Position numbers and translations under genes: made by a program. From Anthoceros angustus (Eukaryota; Plantae; Anthocerotophyta), in NCBI GenBank assembly GCA_010909165.1, contig MU008208.1, positions 29,545-93,544 on the forward strand: 64,000 nucleotides of DNA. The letters run 5' to 3'. Numbering within the stretch: the first letter of the stretch is position 1; each line of letters opens with the position of its first letter. The notes beneath the pieces were generated by a model. The model saw only the letters and a list, made by a program, of their open reading frames with translations. It did not search any database and was not told the DNA's origin. Shown one piece after another: positions 63,561-64,000 of this stretch.

Positions 63561-64000
63561 CGGTCAAGCAAAGCAGAAGAGTCCTTGTTCCTGGTGAACG
63601 GCGATCCTATCAGGAGCTTTTGAACCAAGAACTGAATCGGATGCAGGATGATATTAAGGGTGTTCTTCCATCAACTGTCCTCAATGTGACCCCTGAAATT
63701 GTATTTTCTAGTCAGCCTGAAGATCAGCACCCCTTGCGAGTGCAACAGGTTAACAATGTAAGTGTTTGAGATTTGCTGCAAGTTTGTAGGACTTGTTTTG
63801 ATTAATCGTGTCGACTTGTTTTTGTGTGTTAGGTCTCGCCACTCGTTGTTCATCATGAAAGCGGACCTTTGAACAATGTCGACCGAATCGAGTTTTCCGC
63901 ACCATGTGGTCCACTTTGTCACAAGTTCGTTGGTATTGTCGTTCCTTGGTTGCGATCGCCATGTTGGATCTGTTTTAATCATCTTGGTCTTATTGGCGGT

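Larger units (their letters stand above)
55402..64000 (+). mobile_element. Crypton-like tyrosine-recombinase element, right copy (runs off the window)
   Basis: Starts TTAGGGAACGGACGCG, the same end as at 990. Inverted copy of 22.9-32.8 kb. Contains the divergent unknown gene, a TATA box and the YR gene. Confidence 0.7.

Noticed and set aside
1-64000. rRNA, tRNA or snRNA genes
   Set aside because: None recognised by eye; a tRNAscan-SE/Infernal run would be needed to exclude them.

Overview
Eukaryotic, land-plant-like genomic DNA. Short GT-AG introns, root-cap-family genes and COP1 suggest a plant; a non-seed plant such as a lycophyte or bryophyte is my guess, not shown by the sequence. Many homopolymer indels and microhomology-joined duplications point to an error-prone long-read assembly. 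Host genes form an island at about 45.6-53.9 kb: two secreted root-cap/LEA-like paralogues with different Gly-rich repeat modules, and an intact 4-exon TFIIE-beta gene. The rest is nested mobile DNA: (1) an 8,259-bp CACTA element (8854-17112, 13-bp TIRs, AAC target duplication) inside an intron of a Sola/DUF7869-type DDE transposase gene; (2) further Sola-like fragments; (3) a Gypsy-type remnant containing an intronless COP1 fragment; (4) a TIR-less element family encoding an intron-containing Crypton-like (DUF3504-type) tyrosine recombinase plus a divergent unknown gene. The fourth family occurs as two inverted copies (about 21.5-33/37 kb minus; 55.4->64 kb plus) and a 4.9-kb relative sharing both ends but with no recognisable recombinase (990-5917). 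It is the best candidate for an undescribed system here. All family assignments come from motif recognition by eye; no searches were run.
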